From positions 64,001 to 128,000 of IMG/VR virus record IMGVR_UViG_3300025728_000008: a stretch of DNA of 64,000 bases; one strand, 5' to 3'. The DNA is from a virus. The notes beneath the pieces are model-generated. The model ran no database searches, was not told the origin of the DNA, and saw only the letters and a program-made list of their open reading frames with translations. The position numbers were made by a program, and so were the translations under genes. This document shows positions 26,702 to 36,410 of this stretch, piece after piece. Every line of letters starts with the position of its first letter. The first letter of the stretch is position 1.

Positions 26702-28111
26702 ATGGGTAAGAAATTAGACTTTCAAGTAAGTATTAGTGATGTCAAAAAATTCCATCCTCAATTCTCCACCTGTAAAGTAAGAACGCTCTACACTGGTGAT
26801 AACCGTAATATGTCTCATATCACGCCAGAAGCGGTTGAAAAAGCTTTACCTACTGCTTTTAACATTCCTATCGTTGGCGAGTTCTCGATGGAAGCTAAAG
26901 ACTATAAAGGTCATGGTGGAAAGATAGATTTAGATACTTATAAATATGTACATACTACTAAGCCTTATGGAGTTGTGCCAGAATCAGCTACATTTAGTTG
27001 GGAAAAGGTTGAAGACAAAGATGGAGTAACCCGTGATTATTTAGTTATTGAGGGTTGCGTTTTATGGACAGGTAGATATGAAGAAGCTTTTAGCATTGTT
27101 GAAAGAGGTAAAGGTCAATCAATGGAGATTGAAGTTGTTACTGGAGAATGGGTAGAAGAATCTGAAACTTATCGTATTGATGATTTCATTTTCTCTGGAC
27201 TATGTATTCTAGGTGACGAAGTTGAACCTGCCTTTGAGAGTGCTAACATTTCAGCTTATTCATTTGAAGATACAGATTCATTCAAAGAAGAGTTTGCTCA
27301 GATGAAATCAGAGTTTGCTCAAATGATGATTGAATTGAAAGATTCTTTAGATATAAACAAGGAGGGTATTAATTTGACTTTACAAGAATTATTACAAAAG
27401 TATTCGATTTCTGCTGACGAATTAACAGAAGCAGGAGTAGTTGTTGAAGGTCTTGAAGGTGAAAACTTAGAGTCTGTTATTTCTGATTTCGCTAAGAAAA
27501 AGAAAGACGAAGAAGAAGAAAAAGCTAAAAAAGACGAAGAGAAAAAGCCAGAAGACAATAAAGACAACAAAGAGCAAAAACCAGAAGACAACAAGGATTC
27601 TAAGCCAGAGGATGAAAAGAAACCAACAGGTGATGACAAAGAGAAAAAACCTGCTGATGAAAAGAAACCTGTAGACGAAGAAGAAGAAAAGAAAAAGAAG
27701 AAAAAAGAAAAAGGTAAATTCTCTAATGCAGAAGACCAAGCAGATTACGATGCACTTTTAGCTTCTTATAATACTGTTGTTGCTGAAAATTCACAATTAA
27801 AAGCATTCAAAAAAGCTGTTGAAGATGCAGACCACGAAGCTAAAGTTGCAGAAGCAATCGTTGAATTAGGATTAACTAATGAAGATGAGGGTGTAACAGA
27901 AATCGTTGAAAACGCTCATAGCTTCACTTTAGAGCAAGTTAAAGAAAAATGTTACAGTATTTTAGGTCGCAAAGCATTTGCTAACAGACAAAACTTTTCT
28001 GCTAAACCAGAAAACAAAAATATTAAATTACCATTAGGTAACAAAAACAATGAAGAAGAGACACCAAAACAATATGGTGGATTATTCGAAAAATACTTAG
28101 ATAAAAAATAA
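26702..28111 (+). CDS. Prohead protease-scaffold fusion
   Basis: NRNMS, IPIVG, QSMEI, GLCILG.VEPAFE protease motifs; K/E-rich C-terminal scaffold. Confidence 0.8.
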   Translation: MGKKLDFQVSISDVKKFHPQFSTCKVRTLYTGDNRNMSHITPEAVEKALPTAFNIPIVGEFSMEAKDYKGHGGKIDLDTYKYVHTTKPYGVVPESATFSWEKVEDKDGVTRDYLVIEGCVLWTGRYEEAFSIVERGKGQSMEIEVVTGEWVEESETYRIDDFIFSGLCILGDEVEPAFESANISAYSFEDTDSFKEEFAQMKSEFAQMMIELKDSLDINKEGINLTLQELLQKYSISADELTEAGVVVEGLEGENLESVISDFAKKKKDEEEEKAKKDEEKKPEDNKDNKEQKPEDNKDSKPEDEKKPTGDDKEKKPADEKKPVDEEEEKKKKKKEKGKFSNAEDQADYDALLASYNTVVAENSQLKAFKKAVEDADHEAKVAEAIVELGLTNEDEGVTEIVENAHSFTLEQVKEKCYSILGRKAFANRQNFSAKPENKNIKLPLGNKNNEEETPKQYGGLFEKYLDKK

Positions 28112-28139
28112 GTTAAGAAATTATTAGGAGGAAATTATA

Positions 28140-28658
28140 ATGGCTATTTATGTTGTTCGTAAAGACATTTTAAATTCAGGCAAAGTTGGTAACTTAGAGT
28201 CTGTAATCGTACATAACGCAGGAGGTACTGCTGTAGAAATTCACAATGGTGTTTTCGTTACATTAGGAGACTTAATGGACGTTCGTAACCCACGTGAAAC
28301 TTTCAAAGCTACATTAACTAAAGCAGGAGACCACAAAGGTGAGGTTTATTTCATTCACAATGCAGAGGTAATGTATGACGAAAGATTATACAAATTGGAA
28401 GACTACCGTTGTCCTGCAAACAAAGTTGCACGTGCTTATCACTTAACTACTGGTGACATCATCACATTCACAAAAGATTTCTTTGGTTTCGTACCAGTTG
28501 TTGGAGATAAATTAATCGTTGGTGCTAATGGTTACTTAATCAAATCAGATGCTACAACAGAAGCAGAAGCTAAAATTGTATTCCAAGTTATCGAAGATTC
28601 TGGTTATGAATTACACCAAACTGAAAAAGCATTTGCAGTACGCATTGTGCGTAAATAA
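28140..28658 (+). CDS. Head decoration / minor capsid protein (YonC-like)
   Basis: 172 aa between scaffold and capsid; strong RBS. Confidence 0.65.
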   Translation: MAIYVVRKDILNSGKVGNLESVIVHNAGGTAVEIHNGVFVTLGDLMDVRNPRETFKATLTKAGDHKGEVYFIHNAEVMYDERLYKLEDYRCPANKVARAYHLTTGDIITFTKDFFGFVPVVGDKLIVGANGYLIKSDATTEAEAKIVFQVIEDSGYELHQTEKAFAVRIVRK

Positions 28659-28687
28659 TTAAAGGTTTATCCAAGGAGGAAAATATA

Positions 28688-29683
28688 ATGCAAAAAGATA
28701 TTGTTAAATTAGCTGTAGATATCTCTCTAGGCAGAGTTACAAATTATTCAAAGCAAGAACAAAATGAAACATTACGTAAAGCGTTCGCTGACTTAATGGA
28801 GTTCTCATTAGAGGATGGTGGAATTTCTCGCCAAGTATTCCGTAAGCACAGAGCTGACATTTTCGAAATTTTAGAAGAAATTATCAATGAAACTTTACAC
28901 GAAGGTTTAGGTGGACAGTTTGATGGTTTCGCAGAGTATCGTAACCTTAAATGGGGCGACACTAACAAATTCAAAGTACCAGTGAAAGATATCTTCCGAG
29001 TAGCGTTGATTTCTGATGGTAATGGCGTTATGCGTAGACAGCGTTTACGTGACGACCAAGAGTTCCTAGTATCAGTTGATACTTATGGAATCGCAATCGG
29101 TGAAGACTTCCACCGCTTCTTAGCAGGGCGTGTACAATGGGCAGACTTAATGGGTCTTATCGCTGAATCATTTAAACGTGATTTAACGTTACGTATCCAT
29201 GATGCTTTAATGGCTTCATATGGTAAATACAATTCTACTTACCACTTCACAGGAAACTTAGACGAAGATAAGTTAGTAGAAACTGCAATGCACATCAAAG
29301 TACGTACTGGTGAAGATGTAGCAATTTACGGTACTAAATTAGCACTACGTCAAGTAGCTCCTGCTCAAGCAATGATTACTGACGAAATGCGTAACTACCG
29401 TAACAAAGTAGGTTACTATGGTGAAGTAGCAGGAATCGAGTTACGTGAGATTGACCAAGCTCATAACTACGGAACAGACGATTTCGCTATCAGTAACAAA
29501 ATGCTTTTAATCTTACCTCAAAACCATGAGAAAATGATTAAAGTTATCAACGAAGGAGATGCAATTATCCAAGACCAAGCGGGCGGTATCTCTGCTGACA
29601 TGATGCAAGAATACTTCATCTGTAACCGTTTCGGTATTGCAATCATCACTTCTAAAGTGTTCGGTTTCGTAAAATTACCGTAA
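28688..29683 (+). CDS. Major capsid protein
   Basis: 331 aa; synteny; RBS AAGGAGG; codon usage typical of high expression; terminator follows. Confidence 0.85.
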   Translation: MQKDIVKLAVDISLGRVTNYSKQEQNETLRKAFADLMEFSLEDGGISRQVFRKHRADIFEILEEIINETLHEGLGGQFDGFAEYRNLKWGDTNKFKVPVKDIFRVALISDGNGVMRRQRLRDDQEFLVSVDTYGIAIGEDFHRFLAGRVQWADLMGLIAESFKRDLTLRIHDALMASYGKYNSTYHFTGNLDEDKLVETAMHIKVRTGEDVAIYGTKLALRQVAPAQAMITDEMRNYRNKVGYYGEVAGIELREIDQAHNYGTDDFAISNKMLLILPQNHEKMIKVINEGDAIIQDQAGGISADMMQEYFICNRFGIAIITSKVFGFVKLP

Positions 29684-29705
29684 GACGTAAATAATAATGG
29701 TATAT

Positions 29706-29725
29706 CTAGGGGATTCTTCCCCTAG
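29706..29725 (+). terminator. Hairpin after the capsid gene
   Basis: CTAGGGGA-ttct-TCCCCTAG. Confidence 0.6.
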
Positions 29726-29765
29726 TATATCATATGAATAAAAGGATAAAAAGGAGATAATTAAA

Positions 29766-30476
29766 ATGGCTTTAAAAAAATCAGATTTAATTAAAATTTT
29801 AGTAGAAGAATACGGATATGAAAAAGAAGATTTGAAATTTGATGCACAAGGTAAACCTTACACAAATGCAAAATTACAAGCTCTAATTGATGCAGAAAAA
29901 GAAGATGCAGAAGTTTTTGAATCTAAATCAAAACGTATTGTACGAGAAAAGAATCGTAAAATTAATGACCATGATTTAATTCCAGTAATGAATGGAGTTA
30001 TTGGTGGTTTATATTATCATTCCGAACGAACAAATAAGTCTTGGAATTTTGAATCTTTTGGTCAAGAAGATACTATGGAATATGGTGAGTTAATCACTAT
30101 GCGTAACAAATATCCAAGTTATTTAAAAGAATGTCGCCTAATTGTATTAGATGAAGAAGTACAAAGAGAATTTGGATTAGTAGAATTATATGACAATGTA
30201 ATTACTCCAGAAAATGTAGAAGAAGTATTCTTAAAACCATATGATGAAATTGTCAATTTAATTGATGTATTGTCACAAGGTAGTCTTCAAACATTCATCG
30301 AAAAAGCAAAAGAAAAATACAATAATGGTTCATTGGATAGCATGAGACTTATCAAATATATTGAAAATAAATTTGGTTTTCATTTAGAAGATTTAACTCC
30401 ATTAAATGATATTGTAAGTCAGAAAGAAACAGTTCAAATGGGTAGACAACAAGTAATACTTGTAGACAAAAGATAA
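29766..30476 (+). CDS. Virion morphogenesis protein (YonA-like)
   Basis: 236 aa; synteny. Confidence 0.6.
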   Translation: MALKKSDLIKILVEEYGYEKEDLKFDAQGKPYTNAKLQALIDAEKEDAEVFESKSKRIVREKNRKINDHDLIPVMNGVIGGLYYHSERTNKSWNFESFGQEDTMEYGELITMRNKYPSYLKECRLIVLDEEVQREFGLVELYDNVITPENVEEVFLKPYDEIVNLIDVLSQGSLQTFIEKAKEKYNNGSLDSMRLIKYIENKFGFHLEDLTPLNDIVSQKETVQMGRQQVILVDKR

Positions 30477-30499
30477 TGATATAATGTGAGGTGAGATAA

Positions 30500-30955
30500 A
30501 TGACAAACACACGCCTTGCAGAAGTTTATGATGGATTTTTAGGTAAGATATCAGATTATACATTGCTTTCAGATACGATAACAGATATGGATATTGATGA
30601 AGAACTATTCGGATATTTCAAATCTGCACGTGCAAAGTTCTTTAGATGTAGACAAAGTTTGAAAACAGTTACACTAGTCGATGATGAAAATGAGGAATAT
30701 GTTTCATTTGAAGTTGAGTTAACAGATTACGAAATTGAAGTTGTTATAGCATTAATGTTAGTTGAATATACTAAGCCTTATTTATTGTCAACAGAGGTTA
30801 TTAAACAATCTCTTAGTGATAAAGATTTCAGAATGTCGTCACAGGCAAACCAATTAAGAGAGCTTAGATTACTAGCAAAAGAACTTAAAAAAGAAGCAAA
30901 TAAAATGGTTTCTACTTATACTTACCAAAAGTTAGATAAGGAGAATTACAAATGA
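30500..30955 (+). CDS. Head-tail adaptor (putative)
   Basis: 151 aa; DFRMSSQANQL motif; synteny. Confidence 0.6.
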   Translation: MTNTRLAEVYDGFLGKISDYTLLSDTITDMDIDEELFGYFKSARAKFFRCRQSLKTVTLVDDENEEYVSFEVELTDYEIEVVIALMLVEYTKPYLLSTEVIKQSLSDKDFRMSSQANQLRELRLLAKELKKEANKMVSTYTYQKLDKENYK

Positions 30956-31272
30956 TTAATGATAATTCAAGATTAGTAATTTATCTAAATTCAGTAGTAA
31001 ACAGTGTCTTTAAGATTTTACCTCTTTATGAAGAGAGTAATGTTGGAGTAGACACATATATCGAATCTTTACTATTTGAATTATATGGATTAAATGAAGC
31101 AGTCAATGTTGAGCATAGTTCCGAATATATTTCATTGCTATCTACATTAGAATCTGTCAAAACTGAAATTGGCAAAGAGAAAAGTAGAAAAGCTATTATC
31201 AAAAGAGAAATATTTAAATGTATTAACATTGTAAAAAACATGGTTGGCAAGCTAGAAGAAAAAGGTGAATAA
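30952..31272 (+). CDS. Hypothetical protein, head-tail region
   Basis: 106 aa; RBS AAGGAG. Confidence 0.6.
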   Translation: MINDNSRLVIYLNSVVNSVFKILPLYEESNVGVDTYIESLLFELYGLNEAVNVEHSSEYISLLSTLESVKTEIGKEKSRKAIIKREIFKCINIVKNMVGKLEEKGE

Positions 31273-31274
31273 CC

Positions 31275-32021
31275 ATGAGTGATTACATTGGAAGATACAG
31301 AAGACGTATGGAGCGTAACGGTAATGATGTTGGTGAAGCATATACAAACAACACCATTGCTTTTATAGAAGCCAACTTTAAATCCGCACCTACTTATAGA
31401 TTGTTGAAGGTATTCAGTTCTGAATATCCAGACATCAAAGAGATGGATTCTAGGGTTGTAGAAGTAGAGCGTATGGGTACTCTACGAGAAATAATCTTTA
31501 TGCCTAATCAGAGCTTAGAGACAGGCACTTATATTAAATTCGATGGAGATACTTGGCTTTTATTCGACAAGTACGGTGGTACAGGTTCTACTAGCGTGAA
31601 GATGTTAGCTCAGAAATGTAATCGTAAGTTGAAATGGAAAGACAAGGAAGGTAAGCTCCACGAATGGGATTGTATTGCAGGGTCTACTGATTTAGGGTCT
31701 AAAGCAAAGCAAAACCGAACAGAGATTGAATGGAACAAGTACGATGTACGACTTCCAATTGGTCAACTGTTTGTATTCGTTGAAGCAAATGCAGATACAA
31801 AGAAAATTCAATTGAATCAGAGATTCATATTTGGAGACAATGCTTTTGAAGTAATTGGTAGAGATGATGTAACAGGTATTACAAAAACAGGTTATGGAGT
31901 CATCCAATTAGTAATTAAAATTGACACAAAAAGATTGGTTGAAGATGACTTTGAAAATGGCATTGCATTTAACGATTATAAAGAAACAGGCACAGGTGGA
32001 ACAGGAGGTAGTCCTTGGTAA
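31275..32021 (+). CDS. Head closure / neck protein (putative)
   Basis: 248 aa; beta-rich; synteny. Confidence 0.55.
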   Translation: MSDYIGRYRRRMERNGNDVGEAYTNNTIAFIEANFKSAPTYRLLKVFSSEYPDIKEMDSRVVEVERMGTLREIIFMPNQSLETGTYIKFDGDTWLLFDKYGGTGSTSVKMLAQKCNRKLKWKDKEGKLHEWDCIAGSTDLGSKAKQNRTEIEWNKYDVRLPIGQLFVFVEANADTKKIQLNQRFIFGDNAFEVIGRDDVTGITKTGYGVIQLVIKIDTKRLVEDDFENGIAFNDYKETGTGGTGGSPW

Positions 32022-32515
32022 TGAAAATAGATACGCTTTCAAATAATGTTGTAAGAATTATGACTGCAATTTCACAGAATGAAGGAATTAGAAGAATGTT
32101 ATTACATGATGTATCAGACCCATTTAATCCATCGTTACCAGATGTAGATTATATGACTATCATCAATCCTGCTCACGAAAAGTGCAAAATTAAACCTTAT
32201 CCATTTGACACAGATGCACAAGTTGCAAACGGTTCTTTTATTCGTGTTTATTACAATGATGGAAGATTTGATAAGAGTGAAACGATTTTAGAATCGACAT
32301 TCCATATTGACATTATTGTAGCAAAAGAACTTTGGCTAATCAAAGGTGGAAAGATTCGTCCATATGAAATTATGGATAGAATCATAGACATGATTGGTGC
32401 AAGAGCTGTTGGTACAGGAATCAAATTGAATATTGATGGATTCGCACATATGGCGGTCAATACAAAATTTGATGCAATTAGGCTTTATAGCGAATATATG
32501 TCGGTAGAAGCATAA
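32015..32515 (+). CDS. Tail terminator / neck protein (putative)
   Basis: 166 aa; synteny. Confidence 0.55.
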   Translation: MVMKIDTLSNNVVRIMTAISQNEGIRRMLLHDVSDPFNPSLPDVDYMTIINPAHEKCKIKPYPFDTDAQVANGSFIRVYYNDGRFDKSETILESTFHIDIIVAKELWLIKGGKIRPYEIMDRIIDMIGARAVGTGIKLNIDGFAHMAVNTKFDAIRLYSEYMSVEA

Positions 32516-33363
32516 TGCAGTACAGAGATTTACGCAGTATTGATTTGAAATTAAAACTGCTCGGTGGAAAAGGGATAAAGGTAGATAATTTAGATATAAC
32601 TCCATACACTCTAGGTGAAATTAGAGATATGGGTTACACATATTATATGAATCAACTGCAATGGTTATTGCCAACTGTAGACGATTTTATAAAATCAACA
32701 GAAGATATTGAAAAGAAAATGGTTTTAATGACTGAAAGAAATAAGCTGAAATCATTTGATTTTTTCTCGACTCTAGGTGGCAGAGAACTTAAAGAAGTTG
32801 CTATCACAGCACTCTCAACTGTTTTTAAGACTAGTGACATTTATTTTTTAGATGCACAAGGAATGATAGTTTTTGACTTTTTCAAACTTGGAATTTTCTA
32901 TAAAGATGAAGATGGTCGCTTTCAAATTGATAGCGAAAAGCTTGACAAACTCCCAGAAGAAAATTTACGAGTTATTCATAGAGATAATTTCGATGAAGTG
33001 ATTCAAGTAATGAAATTACAAAATGGAATAGCTAAAGTCAATAAAGAAGACATAGAGAATCCTGCTGATGAAGAAACTAGAAAGTTAATGGAACAAATGA
33101 AAGAGAACAGAGAAAAGGTTAATAGAATGAAAAGCTTGGAACAGCCAGATGGCGATGATTCGATAGATATAGCGGACATCATTAGTGCTGTTAGTAGTAA
33201 GAGCAATTCAATTAACAAATTCAATATCTGGGATTTAACTTTATATCAACTGTATGATGAGTACGGAAGATTGGAGTTAATCGACAACTACGATGTCAGT
33301 GTCAGAGCAATCATGGCAGGGGCAGAAAAAGTAGAATTAAATCATTGGTCTGGTAAGATATAA
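32515..33363 (+). CDS. Hypothetical tail-region protein (YomV-like)
   Basis: 282 aa; NIWDLTLYQLYD motif resembles tail chaperones. Confidence 0.55.
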   Translation: MQYRDLRSIDLKLKLLGGKGIKVDNLDITPYTLGEIRDMGYTYYMNQLQWLLPTVDDFIKSTEDIEKKMVLMTERNKLKSFDFFSTLGGRELKEVAITALSTVFKTSDIYFLDAQGMIVFDFFKLGIFYKDEDGRFQIDSEKLDKLPEENLRVIHRDNFDEVIQVMKLQNGIAKVNKEDIENPADEETRKLMEQMKENREKVNRMKSLEQPDGDDSIDIADIISAVSSKSNSINKFNIWDLTLYQLYDEYGRLELIDNYDVSVRAIMAGAEKVELNHWSGKI

Positions 33364-33411
33364 ACTTACTTGATACATAGAATTTTTCAAAATTATTAGG
33401 AGGAAAATATA

Positions 33412-34158
33412 ATGGCAAATACTCGTTATGGCTTAAAAGAGGTTGCAAACGTTATCTTCTTTGACGTTGCAACAAACAAACCAGTTTTATTCTTTGATAC
33501 TTTAAAGGTGTCATCTATCGAAAACGAATCTGAAAGTGCAGAAGCTCGTGGTGGACAAGGTAACGGACGTTTAATGACTTGGGACTTTGGACGTACAGCT
33601 ACTTTAACTTTACAAGATGCTTTACTATCAGACGTATCACTTAGCTTACTTGCAGGTAATGCAGTAAAGACAACTGGAATTGAGGTAGTAGGTCGTGAGA
33701 CTCTAGTAGCTGAAACAGTTTCAACTAAGGTTCAAGTAACACTTGCAGAAACTCCAAAAGGTGGAGCACCAAAAATCTCTGCTTACAAAATGGATAAAGG
33801 TGTTATGGGTGAAGAAATCACTGGATTCACTTTGAATGCTAGTTCTTTAGAGTTCGCTACAGGCGTAACAGCAGGTCAATCAGTAATGGTATTCTACGTA
33901 TACGATGCACCAGTAGGAGCAACATCTGTAACATTCTCTGGTTCTAAATTCCCTGCTACATACCGTGTTGTAGGTGACACAGTAGTACGTGGACAAGATG
34001 GTGTAGACCGCAAAATGCAATTCGTAATTCCAAAAGCGAAATTACAATCAACATTCAACTTAACAATGGATGCAGAAAACGTTTCAACATTCGACTTTAC
34101 ATTAGATGTATTAGTAGATGCAGAAACAAACGACTTATATCAGATTATCCGTCTGTAA
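33412..34158 (+). CDS. Major tail tube protein
   Basis: RYGLKEVANV, EARGGQGN, IPKAKL...FDFTLDVL; strong RBS; terminator follows. Confidence 0.8.
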   Translation: MANTRYGLKEVANVIFFDVATNKPVLFFDTLKVSSIENESESAEARGGQGNGRLMTWDFGRTATLTLQDALLSDVSLSLLAGNAVKTTGIEVVGRETLVAETVSTKVQVTLAETPKGGAPKISAYKMDKGVMGEEITGFTLNASSLEFATGVTAGQSVMVFYVYDAPVGATSVTFSGSKFPATYRVVGDTVVRGQDGVDRKMQFVIPKAKLQSTFNLTMDAENVSTFDFTLDVLVDAETNDLYQIIRL

Positions 34159-34170
34159 TAGGTAATAATA

Positions 34171-34212
34171 AGGGTAGAGAACATAACATTATGTCTCTAC
34201 CCTATTTTTTTT
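34171..34212 (+). terminator. Intrinsic terminator
   Basis: AGGGTAGAGA...TCTCTACCCT followed by ATTTTTTTT. Confidence 0.85.
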
Positions 34213-34226
34213 GAAATAATCTAATG

Positions 34227-34295
34227 GATAAAATTGAAATTTTATCAAGTTTGTGTTATAATAGTATTATAGCATAAGACTGTTCAATCAGTCAA
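34227..34295. promoter_or_regulatory. Face-to-face sigmaA promoters with a palindromic operator over the forward -35
   Basis: Plus strand TTGAAA(34234)-17-TATAAT(34257) inside GATAAAA-N6-TTTTATC; minus strand TTGACT(34295)-18-TATAAT(34271). Confidence 0.55.
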
Positions 34296-34330
34296 GAATA
34301 AAAAATAATGGTATAAAAGGGGAACTTAAA

Positions 34331-34849
34331 GTGGCTAAAGAGAACAAAATTAAAAGTCTTACTCTTGCTGAAATGAAGAAGCAGGAAAAAATCTTAAAGG
34401 AACAAAAAGAAGAATTGATTACAGTAAATGATACAGTTTACAAAGTAAAGATTGATACTCATTTCTTACCAACAAAGCGTAATCAAGTACTTGATGATTT
34501 AATTAAATTTTTCGATGAAGGGAATAGAAATGTAGAATTAACTTCAATCGCAACACCTTACACATCTTTACTATTAATAAAACATTTCACAGACATCTAT
34601 ATTCCAGATGACATTGAAGAAGCATTAGACTACTTATATCTTTTAATGAATATCAAAGTATTAGCTCCAGTTATTAATGCAATGCCAGAAGAAGAAGTTG
34701 TTGATTTATATAATTCATTAACAGAAACTTTAGGTCAAATTTCAGATAATATGATGAAATCAATTGGAGAAGCGGATGAAATTTTAAATAAGATTGAAAA
34801 TCCAGAAGTTAAAGAATTGATGCAAAATGGCTTCAAAGCAAAAGAGTAG
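34331..34849 (+). CDS. Tail assembly chaperone (putative)
   Basis: 172 aa, acidic, after the tail tube gene. Confidence 0.55.
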   Translation: MAKENKIKSLTLAEMKKQEKILKEQKEELITVNDTVYKVKIDTHFLPTKRNQVLDDLIKFFDEGNRNVELTSIATPYTSLLLIKHFTDIYIPDDIEEALDYLYLLMNIKVLAPVINAMPEEEVVDLYNSLTETLGQISDNMMKSIGEADEILNKIENPEVKELMQNGFKAKE

Positions 34850-35330
34850 TGCTTTATATTTTAAAACAGATGCAGAAGCAATTATGGTACTAACGAAGGA
34901 AGGGAAGAAAATAGAAAGGATAGCTAAACGAGTTTGGCAAAGCTATCTTGGAAGTTATTCTCCTAGAATGTATAAAAGAACAGGAAAGTCTCTACAAGCT
35001 ATAAAACTTAAAGGTATCAAGAATCATGGTGGTGGCATGTATAGTATAGAACTTACATGGGAAAATAGTTTAGCATATCATGATTCTTATATCTATAAAC
35101 AAGGATATACATCGACTAACCAAAAAGGTCACGCTATAATGCTTATTGGTACTAGATGGCATTCAAAAAAATTAGAAGCTGTATATCGCAAACAGATTTA
35201 TAGACATACATATTGGGCTTGGAATGGTAGCGGTGGCAATTATTTAGATGCAGTTGTTAATCAATATAAAGCTGTTGCAGATAAAAGAATCAATGTGGAA
35301 GTACAGTGGAGTGGAGCATTTATTAAGTAG
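34827..35330 (+). CDS. Tail completion-type protein (putative)
   Basis: Basic 167 aa; YSPRMYKRTG motif. Confidence 0.5.
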   Translation: MASKQKSSALYFKTDAEAIMVLTKEGKKIERIAKRVWQSYLGSYSPRMYKRTGKSLQAIKLKGIKNHGGGMYSIELTWENSLAYHDSYIYKQGYTSTNQKGHAIMLIGTRWHSKKLEAVYRKQIYRHTYWAWNGSGGNYLDAVVNQYKAVADKRINVEVQWSGAFIK

Positions 35331-36323
35331 GTGATTGAAATGAAACAGAAAAAGATAGAAGAAGTATCTCAAGATTTTTGGGATAATGAAGTAGATGAAG
35401 ACAATAAAGAATTAATAGAAGACTTCTTAGGGCAAGAACAATTATCTCCTGCAACTAGGAAACAATACACATCTGCATTAAAGATTTTTGCAAAATGGAT
35501 ACATGACAATTATAAAAAAGGCAAAAAGATTACAGATTTAAAACCTCGTGATGCACGTAAATATCAAGACTTTTTATTACGTGAAGGATTGAGTCCGAAT
35601 GCTGTAAAATTTAAACGTTCTGCTGTTTCTAGTTTGTGTATCTTTATAGAAGGATATTATGATGATGAGTATCCAGATTTTAGAAATATATTTACAAAAG
35701 CAGTTAAAGGCGTAGCAAAAGCGAATGTCAGAAAGAAAGTTCCATTAACTAGTGCAGAATTAAATAAATTAAAAGAAGAATTAAAAAAGAAAAAAGAATG
35801 GCAAAAATTAGCATATCTATTATTCTCTTTTGATACAGGATGTCGAAGAGAAGAAGCAAGACAATTGCTAAAAGAAGTTGCTAAATATAGTCACTTTGTT
35901 GATTCAGAAGGAAAGACAAAGAAGTACTATATGACACATGATATAAGAGCTAAAGGTGGAGGTACTGTCGGTAAAGTCAGAACTTTCGCATTTAATGATG
36001 AAACAATGGAAGCAATTAAAAAATGGGTAGAAACTCGTGGAGAAGATAATTGTCCATATGTATTCGTAAGTAAGACAAAAGACGGTTATCGTCAACTTTC
36101 AGCAAATTCATTTAACTTATGGTGCGATGAGTTTTCTGAAATATTAGGGAAGAAAGTACATCCTCACTTATTACGTTCGAGTCGGGCAACGATTGCGATT
36201 GTAGAAGAAGGAAAAAGTATAGAATCAGTACAAGGATTATTAGGACATAACAGTAGTGAAACTACACAAATTTATGTTGTTAGAGATAAATCTTCTGACA
36301 TAGATGAGTTATACGAAGACTAA
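35331..36323 (+). CDS. Tyrosine recombinase (XerC/D-like, YomM position)
   Basis: Complete catalytic set TGCRREE, RAKGG, HPHLLR, LLGH, TTQIY. Confidence 0.92.
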   Translation: MIEMKQKKIEEVSQDFWDNEVDEDNKELIEDFLGQEQLSPATRKQYTSALKIFAKWIHDNYKKGKKITDLKPRDARKYQDFLLREGLSPNAVKFKRSAVSSLCIFIEGYYDDEYPDFRNIFTKAVKGVAKANVRKKVPLTSAELNKLKEELKKKKEWQKLAYLLFSFDTGCRREEARQLLKEVAKYSHFVDSEGKTKKYYMTHDIRAKGGGTVGKVRTFAFNDETMEAIKKWVETRGEDNCPYVFVSKTKDGYRQLSANSFNLWCDEFSEILGKKVHPHLLRSSRATIAIVEEGKSIESVQGLLGHNSSETTQIYVVRDKSSDIDELYED

Positions 36324-36410
36324 GAAGATTGAGGTAACATCTTAATCTTCTTAGATTAGGATGATTAGGATGTTACGATACATCCTTTAGAATTAAAGGA
36401 GTGAATTAAT

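Noticed and set aside
27319-27739. Phe/Ser-rich minus-strand ORFs
   Set aside because: They are reverse complements of the Lys/Glu-rich scaffold region.
34331-35330. Programmed -1 frameshift in the tail chaperone genes
   Set aside because: No convincing XXXYYYZ slippery site near the end of the first ORF, and the second ORF has its own ATG.
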